Virus record (IMG/VR): IMGVR_UViG_2974629454_000001
Coordinates: 123,119-133,195 of that record
Reading direction: 5' to 3' (one strand)
Origin: Streptomyces virus LukeCage
Taxonomy: Duplodnaviria > Heunggongvirae > Uroviricota > Caudoviricetes
DNA: 10,077 bases
Shown here piece by piece: positions 1 to 6,330 of this stretch; position 1 is the first letter of the stretch; each line of letters starts with the position of its first letter. The notes beneath the pieces were generated by a model. The model searched no databases. It saw only the letters and a program-made list of their open reading frames with translations, and was not told the origin of the DNA. A program made the translations under genes and the position numbers.

Positions 1-28
1 TTTTGCTCCTAGTGTAGGTGTTTCTTCT

Positions 29-57
29 AGCTTACTTGCACGGAGACTACTTGTCAA
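29..57 (-). promoter_or_regulatory. sigma70/HrdB-type promoter for a gene starting just left of the window
   Basis: Minus strand TTGACA(57-52)-17 bp-TAAGCT(34-29); AGGAG RBS at 10-6. Confidence 0.8.
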
Positions 58-143
58 AGTAGTCAGAGAGCACACTGTTGAGTTGATCAAGAACAGATCA
101 TCCAAGGCTTCGGGCTTTCGCCTTCCCCCTTGCTGATAGCTCA

Positions 144-173
144 AGTCTAACAGAGTCTAGGGTGTTGTGTCTA
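144..173 (-). promoter_or_regulatory. Cassette promoter
   Basis: TAGACA-18-TAGACT on minus strand with extended TGn; no RBS-led ORF found downstream before the next promoter. Confidence 0.65.
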
Positions 174-187
174 CATGGTTCAAGGGA

Positions 188-229
188 GATCATTTCGCCG
201 GGGCGGCTTGTGGCCCCCGAAGGGGCCAC
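188..229 (-). repeat. Boundary element 1 (A-tract, dyad core 197-207, UUCG hairpin 210-229)
   Basis: + strand gatcatttc GCCGGGGCGGC tt GTGGCCCC-cgaa-GGGGCCAC. Confidence 0.9.
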
Positions 230-235
230 CGCTAA

Positions 236-628
236 TTAGGGAATCATCCCCAGAGGTTCGAACGTTCCGATAATCTCGGAATCCTTCACCGCCGCCACAG
301 ACTGATAGGTACCGGGTCGCACCTCAGACTTAGTGTCGTAGGCGACGACCATGTAACCAGCGTCGTCCAGGTCATAGCCGAAGTCATCGAACCATTCGGC
401 CACCTGCTCAGGAGACGTGAGAACACAGAACTCATTGGGCATGATACCGCCCGGCACATCGGTCCACGGCGTGGGGTGCGTCTCGTCGGTGTGCTCACGG
501 CACAGACGGTTGGAAACGGACTTCACCTGCGGGTCGAAAGAGTCGAAACCCTCTCGATACGGACCGGCCCACTTACCCGTACGGTTGCCCTCATGCGTCG
601 GGGGAAGGGCAACACGGTAAACGATCAC
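236..628 (-). CDS. Hypothetical phage protein, 130 aa
   Basis: GTG start, AGGAGGAA RBS at 638-631, own promoter, TAA just upstream of hairpin 1. Confidence 0.85.
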   Translation of the reverse strand: MIVYRVALPPTHEGNRTGKWAGPYREGFDSFDPQVKSVSNRLCREHTDETHPTPWTDVPGGIMPNEFCVLTSPEQVAEWFDDFGYDLDDAGYMVVAYDTKSEVRPGTYQSVAAVKDSEIIGTFEPLGMIP

Positions 629-661
629 GTTTCCTCCTAGGTTTCCCTGGTTGGTAGTCCT

Positions 662-691
662 AGTCTAACGTAGTGTCAGCAGAGATCGCAA
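662..691 (-). promoter_or_regulatory. Cassette promoter
   Basis: TTGCGA-18-TAGACT. Confidence 0.75.
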
Positions 692-701
692 CACAATCAA
701 C

Positions 702-735
702 CATGATCTTTTGACCGGGGCGGCCCGAAGGCCGC
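702..735 (-). repeat. Boundary element 2 (core 714-724 overlapping hairpin 720-735)
   Basis: catgatcttttg ACCGGGGCGGC, stem GCGGCC-cgaa-GGCCGC. Confidence 0.9.
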
Positions 736-739
736 TGTG

Positions 740-1087
740 TCAAGTGCCCATACGAATGATCATCTGTTCGATGATGAACCGGCACACAGAAGCTCGGTTG
801 TATTCGTCGTCATTGCGCGTAGTACCCGCAGCTTCCTTGGCAGCCATTGCGTTAATGATTCCGATAGCCAGATCGAACAGAGGCTTTTGCAATTCCTCAT
901 GCTGGCTACACATCAGATACGCAAGGGTGTGAGCGTTGAATGTACGCTTATCGAGTACAGAGAGAATCTTGTCGGCATCCTTTTCCGCCGCGCTCCGCCG
1001 TGTAGACGTAGTACGTGCGCCCTGATAGACATCAGGAGCAATTACCGAAACCTCTGCCAGACGAAAGATATCGCCATTGCGTGCCAT
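740..1087 (-). CDS. Hypothetical phage protein, 115 aa
   Basis: ATG with GGAGG RBS (1096-1092); last gene of the Lsr2 operon; stop next to element 2. Confidence 0.85.
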   Translation of the reverse strand: MARNGDIFRLAEVSVIAPDVYQGARTTSTRRSAAEKDADKILSVLDKRTFNAHTLAYLMCSQHEELQKPLFDLAIGIINAMAAKEAAGTTRNDDEYNRASVCRFIIEQMIIRMGT

Positions 1088-1102
1088 TGTGCCTCCAATG
1101 GA

Positions 1103-1124
1103 ACGGCCCCCTTTCGGGGGCCGT
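1103..1124 (-). other. Intercistronic 9-bp stem-loop with GAAA tetraloop
   Basis: ACGGCCCCC-GAAA-GGGGGCCGT on minus strand; no U-tract; no promoter follows. Confidence 0.75.
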
Positions 1125-1128
1125 AGCC

Positions 1129-1290
1129 TTACTTGGGTTCGAAGTCTTGCGTATTCCCATATCCATCAGTTACGCTGACAGACATACCGAGTACCGTTGC
1201 CAGGAAGGGGCCGAGAGCTTGGATCATGCTCCATGCCTGGTCTTCCTGGTCATCTCCATTGGGCTCGATTTCGAGCATCACGTTAGGCAT
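1129..1290 (-). CDS. Small acidic hypothetical protein, 53 aa (MPNVMLEIEPNGDDQEDQAWSMIQALGPFLATVLGMSVSVTDGYGNTQDFEPK)
   Basis: Translated by hand; fills the gap between the lsr2 stop and the hairpin; AAGG RBS; not in ORF track. Confidence 0.75.
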   Translation of the reverse strand: MPNVMLEIEPNGDDQEDQAWSMIQALGPFLATVLGMSVSVTDGYGNTQDFEPK

Positions 1291-1299
1291 AGGTCTACC

Positions 1300-1812
1300 T
1301 TACTTGACCTTGACCTCTACGTCAAGACCCAGCACCACCGGGCTGCCGCAGGAACAGTGAGACAGGCTGTAACCGCACTTGCACGCCTCACGCTCGTTGA
1401 AGCGCCACACCTTGCCCTTACGGTCGACGGCCACGTACTCCGTGTTACGGCCACGGGTAGCAGGCGCAGCCGGGCGAACGTCCTTACCGGTGGTCACCTT
1501 CACACCGGTAACAGCCGCAGCCTTGACATCCGGATTGGCCTTTGCGTACGCCTCCAGGATCTCACCGGAGATACGGCCACGGGAGTTGATCTCGATACCG
1601 TTGGCCTTAGCCCACGTGCGAACCTTCTTAGCGTCGTAGGCACCAGCCTTGACAGCAGCGGGCTTGTTGGTACGCACCACGCCAGTGTCAGCGAAGACGG
1701 TACCCGCAGCCTCAGCAGCCTTGATCGCCTCGTTTGCTGCCACACTCATTCGACCACGCTTGCCCATCTCAGCGAGACCGAGGGAAGCGGCGTACTCACG
1801 GCGAGTCTGCAT
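1300..1812 (-). CDS. lsr2: Lsr2-like DNA-binding protein with two RGR-type domains and a Cys-rich C-terminus, 170 aa
   Basis: KKVRTWAKANGIEINSRGRISGEILEAYAKAN matches the Lsr2 C-terminal AT-hook-like domain; own promoter and RBS. Confidence 0.85.
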   Translation of the reverse strand: MQTRREYAASLGLAEMGKRGRMSVAANEAIKAAEAAGTVFADTGVVRTNKPAAVKAGAYDAKKVRTWAKANGIEINSRGRISGEILEAYAKANPDVKAAAVTGVKVTTGKDVRPAAPATRGRNTEYVAVDRKGKVWRFNEREACKCGYSLSHCSCGSPVVLGLDVEVKVK

Positions 1813-1845
1813 TTGGTTCCTTCCGTTGTCCTTCGTTGTACCTTA

Positions 1846-1874
1846 AGCATAACAGAGCAAGGGGGACGGGGCAA
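1846..1874 (-). promoter_or_regulatory. Cassette promoter (lsr2 operon)
   Basis: TTGCCC-17-TATGCT, extended TGn. Confidence 0.75.
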
Positions 1875-1899
1875 CATGAAATTATGTCCGGTTTGTCTC

Positions 1900-1919
1900 G
1901 CCGCCCCGGCCCGAAGGCC
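1900..1919 (-). repeat. Boundary element 3 (core 1900-1910 with flipped centre, hairpin 1908-1919)
   Basis: GCCGCCCCGGC, stem GGCC-cgaa-GGCC. Confidence 0.85.
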
Positions 1920-1923
1920 CGCA

Positions 1924-2646
1924 CTATTTCTTAGTGCGAGAGAACCGGATATCAGCCTTACCGAAGATACACAGGCCGCACGTTACGCACGCGCCACCCT
2001 TTTCGGTAATCAGAGGAATCTGCTTAGCATTCTCGGGACACTTTCCACCGGGAACACCAGTCAGAGTTTCGAAGATCTCTTTGCCCTCGTTGAAGGTTTC
2101 TCCCAGATATGCCATTTTGACACCGGGATTGTCAGCCGCGCAAAGAAGCCCGGCGTTAAGGTTTTCCTTGTCTACACTAAGGTAGACAGCCATGTTGGGG
2201 AATCCGTAGATGCATTCCACGTACTGGAATGAACGGGTGTAAATCCAGAATTGCACATCAGGGTGGTGATAGACCACATAGTTGATGGCAATTGCATATT
2301 CCTCGGAGAAGATATCCCCGTCAGCGTGCCAACGGAAATACTTAGGCACGTTGTACTTTTCGCACTCCGCCTCGAATTCATCGATCATCTGCGTCAGGAG
2401 CTTGACCATTACGCCATAAGGCGCATCCTTAAGCAATTCCCAGTTGTGCATAGCAACAGCAAGGAATGCGGGATACTGCTTTTCGATCCTACCGGCATAG
2501 CAGATGCTCTCACATACACCGGTCGCACCGGGACAAGAGAACGCCTTACCGGACGGCAGAGAGAATGCGTTTTTGATGAGCGACTGCTTACCCGCAGTGT
2601 TGGCTCGGACGGTGGTCTTGCGGTCGTTCGTTCGCTTGAGTCCCAT
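1924..2646 (-). CDS. GP88-like phage protein, probable Fe-S / radical-SAM-like, 240 aa; probably leaderless
   Basis: CPGATGVCESICYA, FRWHADGDIFS and C-terminal CVTCGLC motifs recalled from the phage GP88 family; ATG 6 nt after the -10, no RBS. Confidence 0.75.
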   Translation of the reverse strand: MGLKRTNDRKTTVRANTAGKQSLIKNAFSLPSGKAFSCPGATGVCESICYAGRIEKQYPAFLAVAMHNWELLKDAPYGVMVKLLTQMIDEFEAECEKYNVPKYFRWHADGDIFSEEYAIAINYVVYHHPDVQFWIYTRSFQYVECIYGFPNMAVYLSVDKENLNAGLLCAADNPGVKMAYLGETFNEGKEIFETLTGVPGGKCPENAKQIPLITEKGGACVTCGLCIFGKADIRFSRTKK

Positions 2647-2652
2647 GGATTC

Positions 2653-2681
2653 ATCCTAGCAGACGTAAGAGAGAGAATCAA
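2653..2681 (-). promoter_or_regulatory. Cassette promoter (leaderless)
   Basis: TTGATT-17-TAGGAT, extended TGn. Confidence 0.7.
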
Positions 2682-2692
2682 CATGCTTGAGT

Positions 2693-2745
2693 CAAGATCT
2701 TTTGACCGCCCCGGCCAAACGGCCCCCGAAGGGGCCGTTGGCTTT
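2693..2745 (-). repeat. Boundary element 4 (core 2705-2715 with flipped centre, hairpin 2718-2739)
   Basis: caagatcttttg ACCGCCCCGGC ca AACGGCCCC-cgaa-GGGGCCGTT. Confidence 0.9.
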
Positions 2746-2749
2746 CTGA

Positions 2750-2914
2750 TTACTTGGGAGCGACCTCGAAGTCGTCCAGGCCGAGCGCGATGGTCTCGAA
2801 CTCGGTACCCATGTTGTCGGTCATCTCGGCGACGATGTTGCGAACGAGGGCGACACGCACGGTGGCGGTCATGGGGGTCTCGGCGATGACCTTGGCGATG
2901 GCGAGAGCCTTCAT
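2750..2914 (-). CDS. Small hypothetical protein, 54 aa (MKALAIAKVIAETPMTATVRVALVRNIVAEMTDNMGTEFETIALGLDDFEVAPK)
   Basis: Hand translation; GAAAGG RBS; own promoter; not in ORF track. Confidence 0.8.
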   Translation of the reverse strand: MKALAIAKVIAETPMTATVRVALVRNIVAEMTDNMGTEFETIALGLDDFEVAPK

Positions 2915-2943
2915 TTTGGAGCCTTTCGTCGTGGTGTGTTCTT

Positions 2944-2972
2944 AGTCTAGCGGATGGAACTTGGTTTGTCTA
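2944..2972 (-). promoter_or_regulatory. Promoter without dyad/hairpin
   Basis: TAGACA-17-TAGACT; the -35 TAG is the stop codon of the upstream 32-aa ORF. Confidence 0.7.
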
Positions 2973-3068
2973 CTCGCAGTCGACCAGAATTTCCATGTCG
3001 TCCAGGTGAGCGTCGGCACCGTAGGTGTCGTCCTGCTCGTCCTCAATCTTGGCAAGGGTGACAGCCAT
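2970..3068 (-). CDS. Very acidic micropeptide, 32 aa (MAVTLAKIEDEQDDTYGADAHLDDMEILVDCE)
   Basis: Hand translation; GAGGTGG RBS; own promoter at 3113-3142. Confidence 0.7.
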   Translation of the reverse strand: MAVTLAKIEDEQDDTYGADAHLDDMEILVDCE

Positions 3069-3112
3069 CTCAACCACCTCTCTGGGAGGTTTCCCTCCCT
3101 TTCGATGTCTCT

Positions 3113-3142
3113 AGTCTAACAGACGTAAGCGATGATGTACAA
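3113..3142 (-). promoter_or_regulatory. Cassette promoter
   Basis: TTGTAC-18-TAGACT, extended TGn; leader hairpin GGGAGG-GAAA-CCTCCC at 3099-3084. Confidence 0.75.
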
Positions 3143-3153
3143 CGGGTTCTCAG

Positions 3154-3194
3154 CATGATCTTTTGACCGGGGCGGTTCGCGCCCCGAAGGGCGC
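3154..3194 (-). repeat. Boundary element 5 (core 3166-3176, hairpin 3179-3194)
   Basis: catgatcttttg ACCGGGGCGGT tc GCGCCC-cgaa-GGGCGC. Confidence 0.9.
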
Positions 3195-3200
3195 TAGCCG

Positions 3201-3695
3201 TTAGCGAGGGTTACAGATTCCGCAGTCCCAGCCACAACCGTAACTGTCGTAGCTGTAGCTGTTCTCGTAGCTCAGACGCGCAGCCTCTTCGGCCTTCTCG
3301 ATCTTCTTGACCTCCGCGTCGATCATGTCCTTCGCGTCCTTGAGGCTGAGGAACGGGAAGTCGTTGCGGAGACGCTTGATGCACGTGATCTTGTAGAGCT
3401 TGCCGATCTCCTTGACGATCTTCGGAGCGGCCTCACGCGCCTGGTTGTAAGCGAAGTCCTCGATTCCACGCAGACGAACCAGCTCGCTCTTTTCGAGCGT
3501 CAGACCCTCGTTCTTGAGCTGGATCTGACCCGCGACCTTACCGGCCTCGTACCCGTCCGTGTAGCTCTTGTCGGATGCCGCGAGAAGGGTCATGTCGTGG
3601 TAGTTCTTGATCCTGTCAGCCACGTCCATGGCCTGCGTGAAGCCCATCTCCACACCCTCGTCGAGGAAGATCTTCAAAACGTCCAGGGCGTCCAT
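3201..3695 (-). CDS. Hypothetical protein with bL12 (L7/L12) C-terminal-domain-like motif, 164 aa
   Basis: YKITCIKRLRNDFPFLSLKDAKDMID resembles bL12 KIxVIKxVRxxxxLGLKEAKDLVD; own promoter and RBS. Confidence 0.8.
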   Translation of the reverse strand: MDALDVLKIFLDEGVEMGFTQAMDVADRIKNYHDMTLLAASDKSYTDGYEAGKVAGQIQLKNEGLTLEKSELVRLRGIEDFAYNQAREAAPKIVKEIGKLYKITCIKRLRNDFPFLSLKDAKDMIDAEVKKIEKAEEAARLSYENSYSYDSYGCGWDCGICNPR

Positions 3696-3736
3696 GTGTT
3701 CCTCTCTTAGAGGGAGTGTCCCTCTTTGATGTCTCT

Positions 3737-3766
3737 ACTATAGCAAGGAAAGGGGACCGGATGCAA
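3737..3766 (-). promoter_or_regulatory. Cassette promoter
   Basis: TTGCAT-18-TATAGT. Confidence 0.75.
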
Positions 3767-3777
3767 CACAGTCCACG

Positions 3778-3822
3778 AAGATCTTTTCGCCGGGGCGGCT
3801 AGGCCGCCCGAAGGCGGCCCGC
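3778..3822 (-). repeat. Boundary element 6 (core 3789-3799, hairpin 3802-3819)
   Basis: aagatcttttc GCCGGGGCGGC ta GGCCGCC-cgaa-GGCGGCC. Confidence 0.9.
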
Positions 3823-3825
3823 TGC

Positions 3826-4014
3826 TCAGTATGCGATGTTGAGCTGGAGGTGATCCACCTTCTCGAAGTTGATCACATGGACACCACCGTCAGTGCTCTC
3901 GATGAGAGCGACCTTACTGTACAGCTTCTCCTGAACGGCTTCCACGTTACCCTTCGCACGGAACTTGACGGGCTGGTCGCGGTCGCTGTAGTAGACGGTG
4001 ACGTGAGTGTTCAC
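3826..4014 (-). CDS. Hypothetical protein, 62 aa
   Basis: GTG start, GGGAGG RBS, own promoter. Confidence 0.8.
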   Translation of the reverse strand: MNTHVTVYYSDRDQPVKFRAKGNVEAVQEKLYSKVALIESTDGGVHVINFEKVDHLQLNIAY

Positions 4015-4042
4015 TTTGCCTCCCGGCCTCGTTGATAGCTCT

Positions 4043-4071
4043 AGTCTACATGAACAGAGTCAGGATTACAA
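4043..4071 (-). promoter_or_regulatory. Cassette promoter
   Basis: TTGTAA-17-TAGACT. Confidence 0.75.
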
Positions 4072-4077
4072 CCCCGA

Positions 4078-4108
4078 ACCGGGGCGGCTAGAGGGGCCGA
4101 AGCCCCTC
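4078..4108 (-). repeat. Boundary element 7 (core 4078-4088, hairpin 4091-4108; A-tract missing)
   Basis: ACCGGGGCGGC ta GAGGGGC-cgaa-GCCCCTC; only 6 bp from the -35. Confidence 0.9.
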
Positions 4109-4115
4109 CGCCTTT

Positions 4116-4469
4116 CTACCGACGACCCATGGGAAAACCCTTACGCGCTGCCTCCCTTTCCAGCTCCCATCCGTTGTTCGTCTCGCTGGGGTGAACGTAT
4201 TCGATTTCCTTGATGCCCAGCAGATAGGCGACGAGCAGACGGTGATGACCGTTGGTCACACGGTTACGCTCAGGGCTGTACACGATGGGCGTTTTGATGC
4301 CTTCCTTCTCGATGCTCTCGATGAACGCACGGGGCAGCTCATCGAACTTAGCGAGCATGCACTTTTCCTTGTCGTCCATGTAGCGGGAACCGTAGTTGCC
4401 CGTACGAGAGTCGGAAGCGTCTCCGAAGATCGCATCGTGCCAGAGCTTTTCCACGTTCGCCTGGGGCAT
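4116..4469 (-). CDS. ParB/Srx-like nuclease-domain protein, about 117 aa
   Basis: IESIEKEGIKTPIV...VTNGHHRLLVAYLLG is a ParB N-terminal signature; ATG at 4469 preferred over GTG at 4475 because GGAG lies upstream of it. Confidence 0.8.
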   Translation of the reverse strand: MPQANVEKLWHDAIFGDASDSRTGNYGSRYMDDKEKCMLAKFDELPRAFIESIEKEGIKTPIVYSPERNRVTNGHHRLLVAYLLGIKEIEYVHPSETNNGWELEREAARKGFPMGRR

Positions 4470-4505
4470 CTTCACTCCAAGTTTTCTCGCCCTGTTGGTA
4501 GTTAT

Positions 4506-4535
4506 AGTCTAACGGATGATGTGATGGGGAGTCAA
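4506..4535 (-). promoter_or_regulatory. Cassette promoter
   Basis: TTGACT-18-TAGACT. Confidence 0.8.
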
Positions 4536-4545
4536 CTCAACCCAT

Positions 4546-4590
4546 CAAGATTTTTAGCCGGGGCGGCTAGGCCGCCCGAAGGCGGCCCGC
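4546..4590 (-). repeat. Boundary element 8 (core 4557-4567, hairpin 4570-4587)
   Basis: caagattttta GCCGGGGCGGC ta GGCCGCC-cgaa-GGCGGCC; 34 bp identical to element 6. Confidence 0.9.
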
Positions 4591-4595
4591 CATGA

Positions 4596-4739
4596 TCAGA
4601 CCCAGTTCCAGCCGAGGTGAAGAAGGGCACCGACGATCATGATCAGAAAGGCACTGACACCAGCATTGACGAGAAAGAGCAGAACAGCCTGCGGGCCGGT
4701 GCAGTTGGAAGCGGTGATCGGACCCTTGACGTTGTACAT
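4596..4739 (-). CDS. Small membrane protein, 47 aa (MYNVKGPITASNCTGPQAVLLFLVNAGVSAFLIMIVGALLHLGWNWV)
   Basis: Hand translation; AGGAG RBS; long hydrophobic segment. Confidence 0.75.
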   Translation of the reverse strand: MYNVKGPITASNCTGPQAVLLFLVNAGVSAFLIMIVGALLHLGWNWV

Positions 4740-4746
4740 GTCACTC

Positions 4747-4863
4747 CTAGAGAAAGGCGAAGAGCACAGTCTTTGCTGTCCACAAGCCTAGCATAAGTAG
4801 GCCGATCAGGAAAGGTATGAGAACTAGTAGTCCTGCACACCCGACGATCTTTATCAGACCCAC
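4747..4863 (-). CDS. Small membrane protein, about 38 aa (MGLIKIVGCAGLLVLIPFLIGLLMLGLWTAKTVLFAFL)
   Basis: Hand translation; fills the operon gap; GTG start overlaps upstream gene; no clear RBS, so the start is uncertain. Confidence 0.55.
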   Translation of the reverse strand: MGLIKIVGCAGLLVLIPFLIGLLMLGLWTAKTVLFAFL

Positions 4864-5012
4864 TCAAGGGGGTCGTAGTCGAAGATGTCACGGTGATCAC
4901 GGTAGCGATCTGCACGCTGCCTCTTGATCTCACCGAGCTTCTTGATTTCCTTGACGCGCTTGGTCTGCGCCAGGTATCGCTCGTTCCGCAGCCTACGAAG
5001 ATCTTCTCGCAT
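4854..5012 (-). CDS. Small basic protein, 52 aa (MREDLRRLRNERYLAQTKRVKEIKKLGEIKRQRADRYRDHRDIFDYDPLEWV)
   Basis: Hand translation; GAAGGG RBS; own promoter. Confidence 0.8.
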   Translation of the reverse strand: MREDLRRLRNERYLAQTKRVKEIKKLGEIKRQRADRYRDHRDIFDYDPLEWV

Positions 5013-5035
5013 TTCGTTCCCTTCGTTGTGTCTCT

Positions 5036-5065
5036 AGTATATACAGAGGTGGGAGGGAAGCGCAA
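5036..5065 (-). promoter_or_regulatory. Cassette promoter
   Basis: TTGCGC-18-TATACT. Confidence 0.75.
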
Positions 5066-5075
5066 CATAGATCTT

Positions 5076-5117
5076 CAAGATCTTTTCGCCGGGGCGGCTT
5101 GCGCCCCGAAGGGCGCA
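5076..5117 (-). repeat. Boundary element 9 (core 5088-5098, hairpin 5100-5117)
   Basis: caagatcttttc GCCGGGGCGGC t TGCGCCC-cgaa-GGGCGCA. Confidence 0.9.
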
Positions 5118-5123
5118 GCCTTA

Positions 5124-5462
5124 TCAGTCTCGGATGTTCATGACCTCACGGTAGAACCGAAGGTAGGCATCCGCAGCGTCCTCGGCATCCTCCAAAGACT
5201 CGTAGTCACCGAATCCGTCAAGAGTGGTCATGGTGAACGCTCCCTCTTCGTTGCGGGAAGCGTAGCGGAGGCTGTACGACTTGTCTTCCGGGTCCGATCG
5301 GTATTCGGAAGTGATGAAGATCGATCCGCGCTGACCGATGGGGAAAACGTTCGGCTGGAGTTCCGTGTTGAAGAACTCCATAGACCCCTTCGTGAACCAG
5401 TGTCGGGCGGTGGAGTTGGACTCACGGGACGCCTTGACGATCTGGTGCATCGTGGAGAACAT
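5124..5462 (-). CDS. Hypothetical phage protein, 112 aa
   Basis: ATG, GAGAGG RBS, own promoter, double stop; the HWF..GSMEFFN...FITSE pattern resembles a recurrent uncharacterised phage family (from memory, unverified). Confidence 0.85.
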   Translation of the reverse strand: MFSTMHQIVKASRESNSTARHWFTKGSMEFFNTELQPNVFPIGQRGSIFITSEYRSDPEDKSYSLRYASRNEEGAFTMTTLDGFGDYESLEDAEDAADAYLRFYREVMNIRD

Positions 5463-5490
5463 TTACGTTCCTCTCGCTCGGTGTAAGACG

Positions 5491-5520
5491 AGTCTAACAC
5501 ACTCATAGGACAGAACACAA
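5491..5520 (-). promoter_or_regulatory. Cassette promoter
   Basis: TTGTGT-18-TAGACT, extended TGn. Confidence 0.75.
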
Positions 5521-5536
5521 GCCCTCTAGCAAATCA

Positions 5537-5568
5537 GCCGGGGCGGCCAAACGGCCCCCGAAGGGGCC
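5537..5568 (-). repeat. Boundary element 10 (core 5537-5547, hairpin 5553-5568)
   Basis: GCCGGGGCGGC caaac GGCCCC-cgaa-GGGGCC. Confidence 0.9.
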
Positions 5569-5574
5569 AGATGA

Positions 5575-5685
5575 CTAGCGACCTTGCTTCAAGATCGCAT
5601 CGATGCCATAGAGGAGAATGATTCCCAGTCCGATGGTGTATGAACCGCTGATTACCGAGAGGTACAGAATCATGATCGCTTCCAT
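5575..5685 (-). CDS. Small membrane peptide, 36 aa (MEAIMILYLSVISGSYTIGLGIILLYGIDAILKQGR)
   Basis: Hand translation; ATG overlaps the upstream TGA (TGATG coupling). Confidence 0.7.
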   Translation of the reverse strand: MEAIMILYLSVISGSYTIGLGIILLYGIDAILKQGR

Positions 5686-5951
5686 CAGAGAACCGGCTTC
5701 TTGCCGAGTCCCATGCTCTTGCCGAAGTCGTAGGACTTGCCCTTGACCTCGTATCCCGGAAGAACCTTGGTCACACGGAACGGAGCGGCACGGTGGAGGG
5801 CGGACAGCTTCTCAGCAGAACCCGCAGCCTCGACGTAGACCTTACCGGAACGCTCGTTGACTCGGTACTCGAACTCCACTCCGTACACGGTGGCCATCGT
5901 GATGACGACACCAGCGCGCTTGACGGAAACCTCGCCCATGAGAACGGCCAT
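5685..5951 (-). CDS. Hypothetical protein, 88 aa
   Basis: ATG, GAAAGG RBS, own promoter. Confidence 0.85.
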   Translation of the reverse strand: MAVLMGEVSVKRAGVVITMATVYGVEFEYRVNERSGKVYVEAAGSAEKLSALHRAAPFRVTKVLPGYEVKGKSYDFGKSMGLGKKPVL

Positions 5952-5979
5952 TGTATTGCCTTTCGTTCGGTGTTACTAG

Positions 5980-6008
5980 AGTCTATCAGATGCGGTGGAC
6001 GTTGTCAC
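5980..6008 (-). promoter_or_regulatory. Promoter embedded in the 3' end of the upstream gene (no dyad/hairpin)
   Basis: GTGACA-17-TAGACT. Confidence 0.65.
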
Positions 6009-6264
6009 GCAGTTCGTTGAACGTGTGCGGACTGGTGACGATCTCAGCGTTGCGGTAAAACCCGTGATCCACAAGGACCGTTACCGAGTTATACACAACG
6101 TTCTGTACCGTTCCAGTGTACGCGATCTTGCCGTCAATTTCAAGGCCCTCGTTCAGATAAAGCTGAGCCCAACTGTTGACGACTACGACCCTGTCACCCG
6201 TACGGAGCTTGCCGAAGTTGCTTTGCAGATACTTGCGAATCCTGTAGCTGAGAGGCATCGCCAT
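5986..6264 (-). CDS. Hypothetical protein, 92 aa
   Basis: ATG, GAAGGGGAG RBS, own promoter. Confidence 0.8.
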   Translation of the reverse strand: MAMPLSYRIRKYLQSNFGKLRTGDRVVVVNSWAQLYLNEGLEIDGKIAYTGTVQNVVYNSVTVLVDHGFYRNAEIVTSPHTFNELRDNVHRI

Positions 6265-6287
6265 GATCTCTCCCCTTCGTTAAGACG

Positions 6288-6316
6288 AGTCTACATGACG
6301 CCGGGCGAGATTGCAA
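6288..6316 (-). promoter_or_regulatory. Cassette promoter
   Basis: TTGCAA-17-TAGACT. Confidence 0.8.
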
Positions 6317-6330
6317 CACTTTTTCAAAAA

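Noticed and set aside
197-207. Dyad as a BglI (GCCN5GGC) or SfiI restriction site
   Set aside because: Copies beginning ACCG or ending CGGT do not fit, and the conserved centre and position point to a different constraint.
1015-2232. 405-aa plus-strand ORF and other long plus-strand ORFs (2251-2889, 4893-5486, 5995-6498, 8488-9246, etc.)
   Set aside because: They are antisense shadows of well-signalled minus-strand genes, cross intergenic modules, and lack RBS or recognisable domains. Such shadows are expected in GC-rich coding DNA.
3179-3203. Integron attC sites (TAAC overlapping the stop codon at elements 5 and 12)
   Set aside because: TAAC appears at only two boundaries, there is no matching GTTRRRY end, no long bulged attC hairpin and no integrase, and cassettes carry their own promoters.
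4643-5068. 141-aa minus-strand track ORF
   Set aside because: It starts in a promoter and overlaps three smaller ORFs in other frames that have better start signals and protein-like composition.
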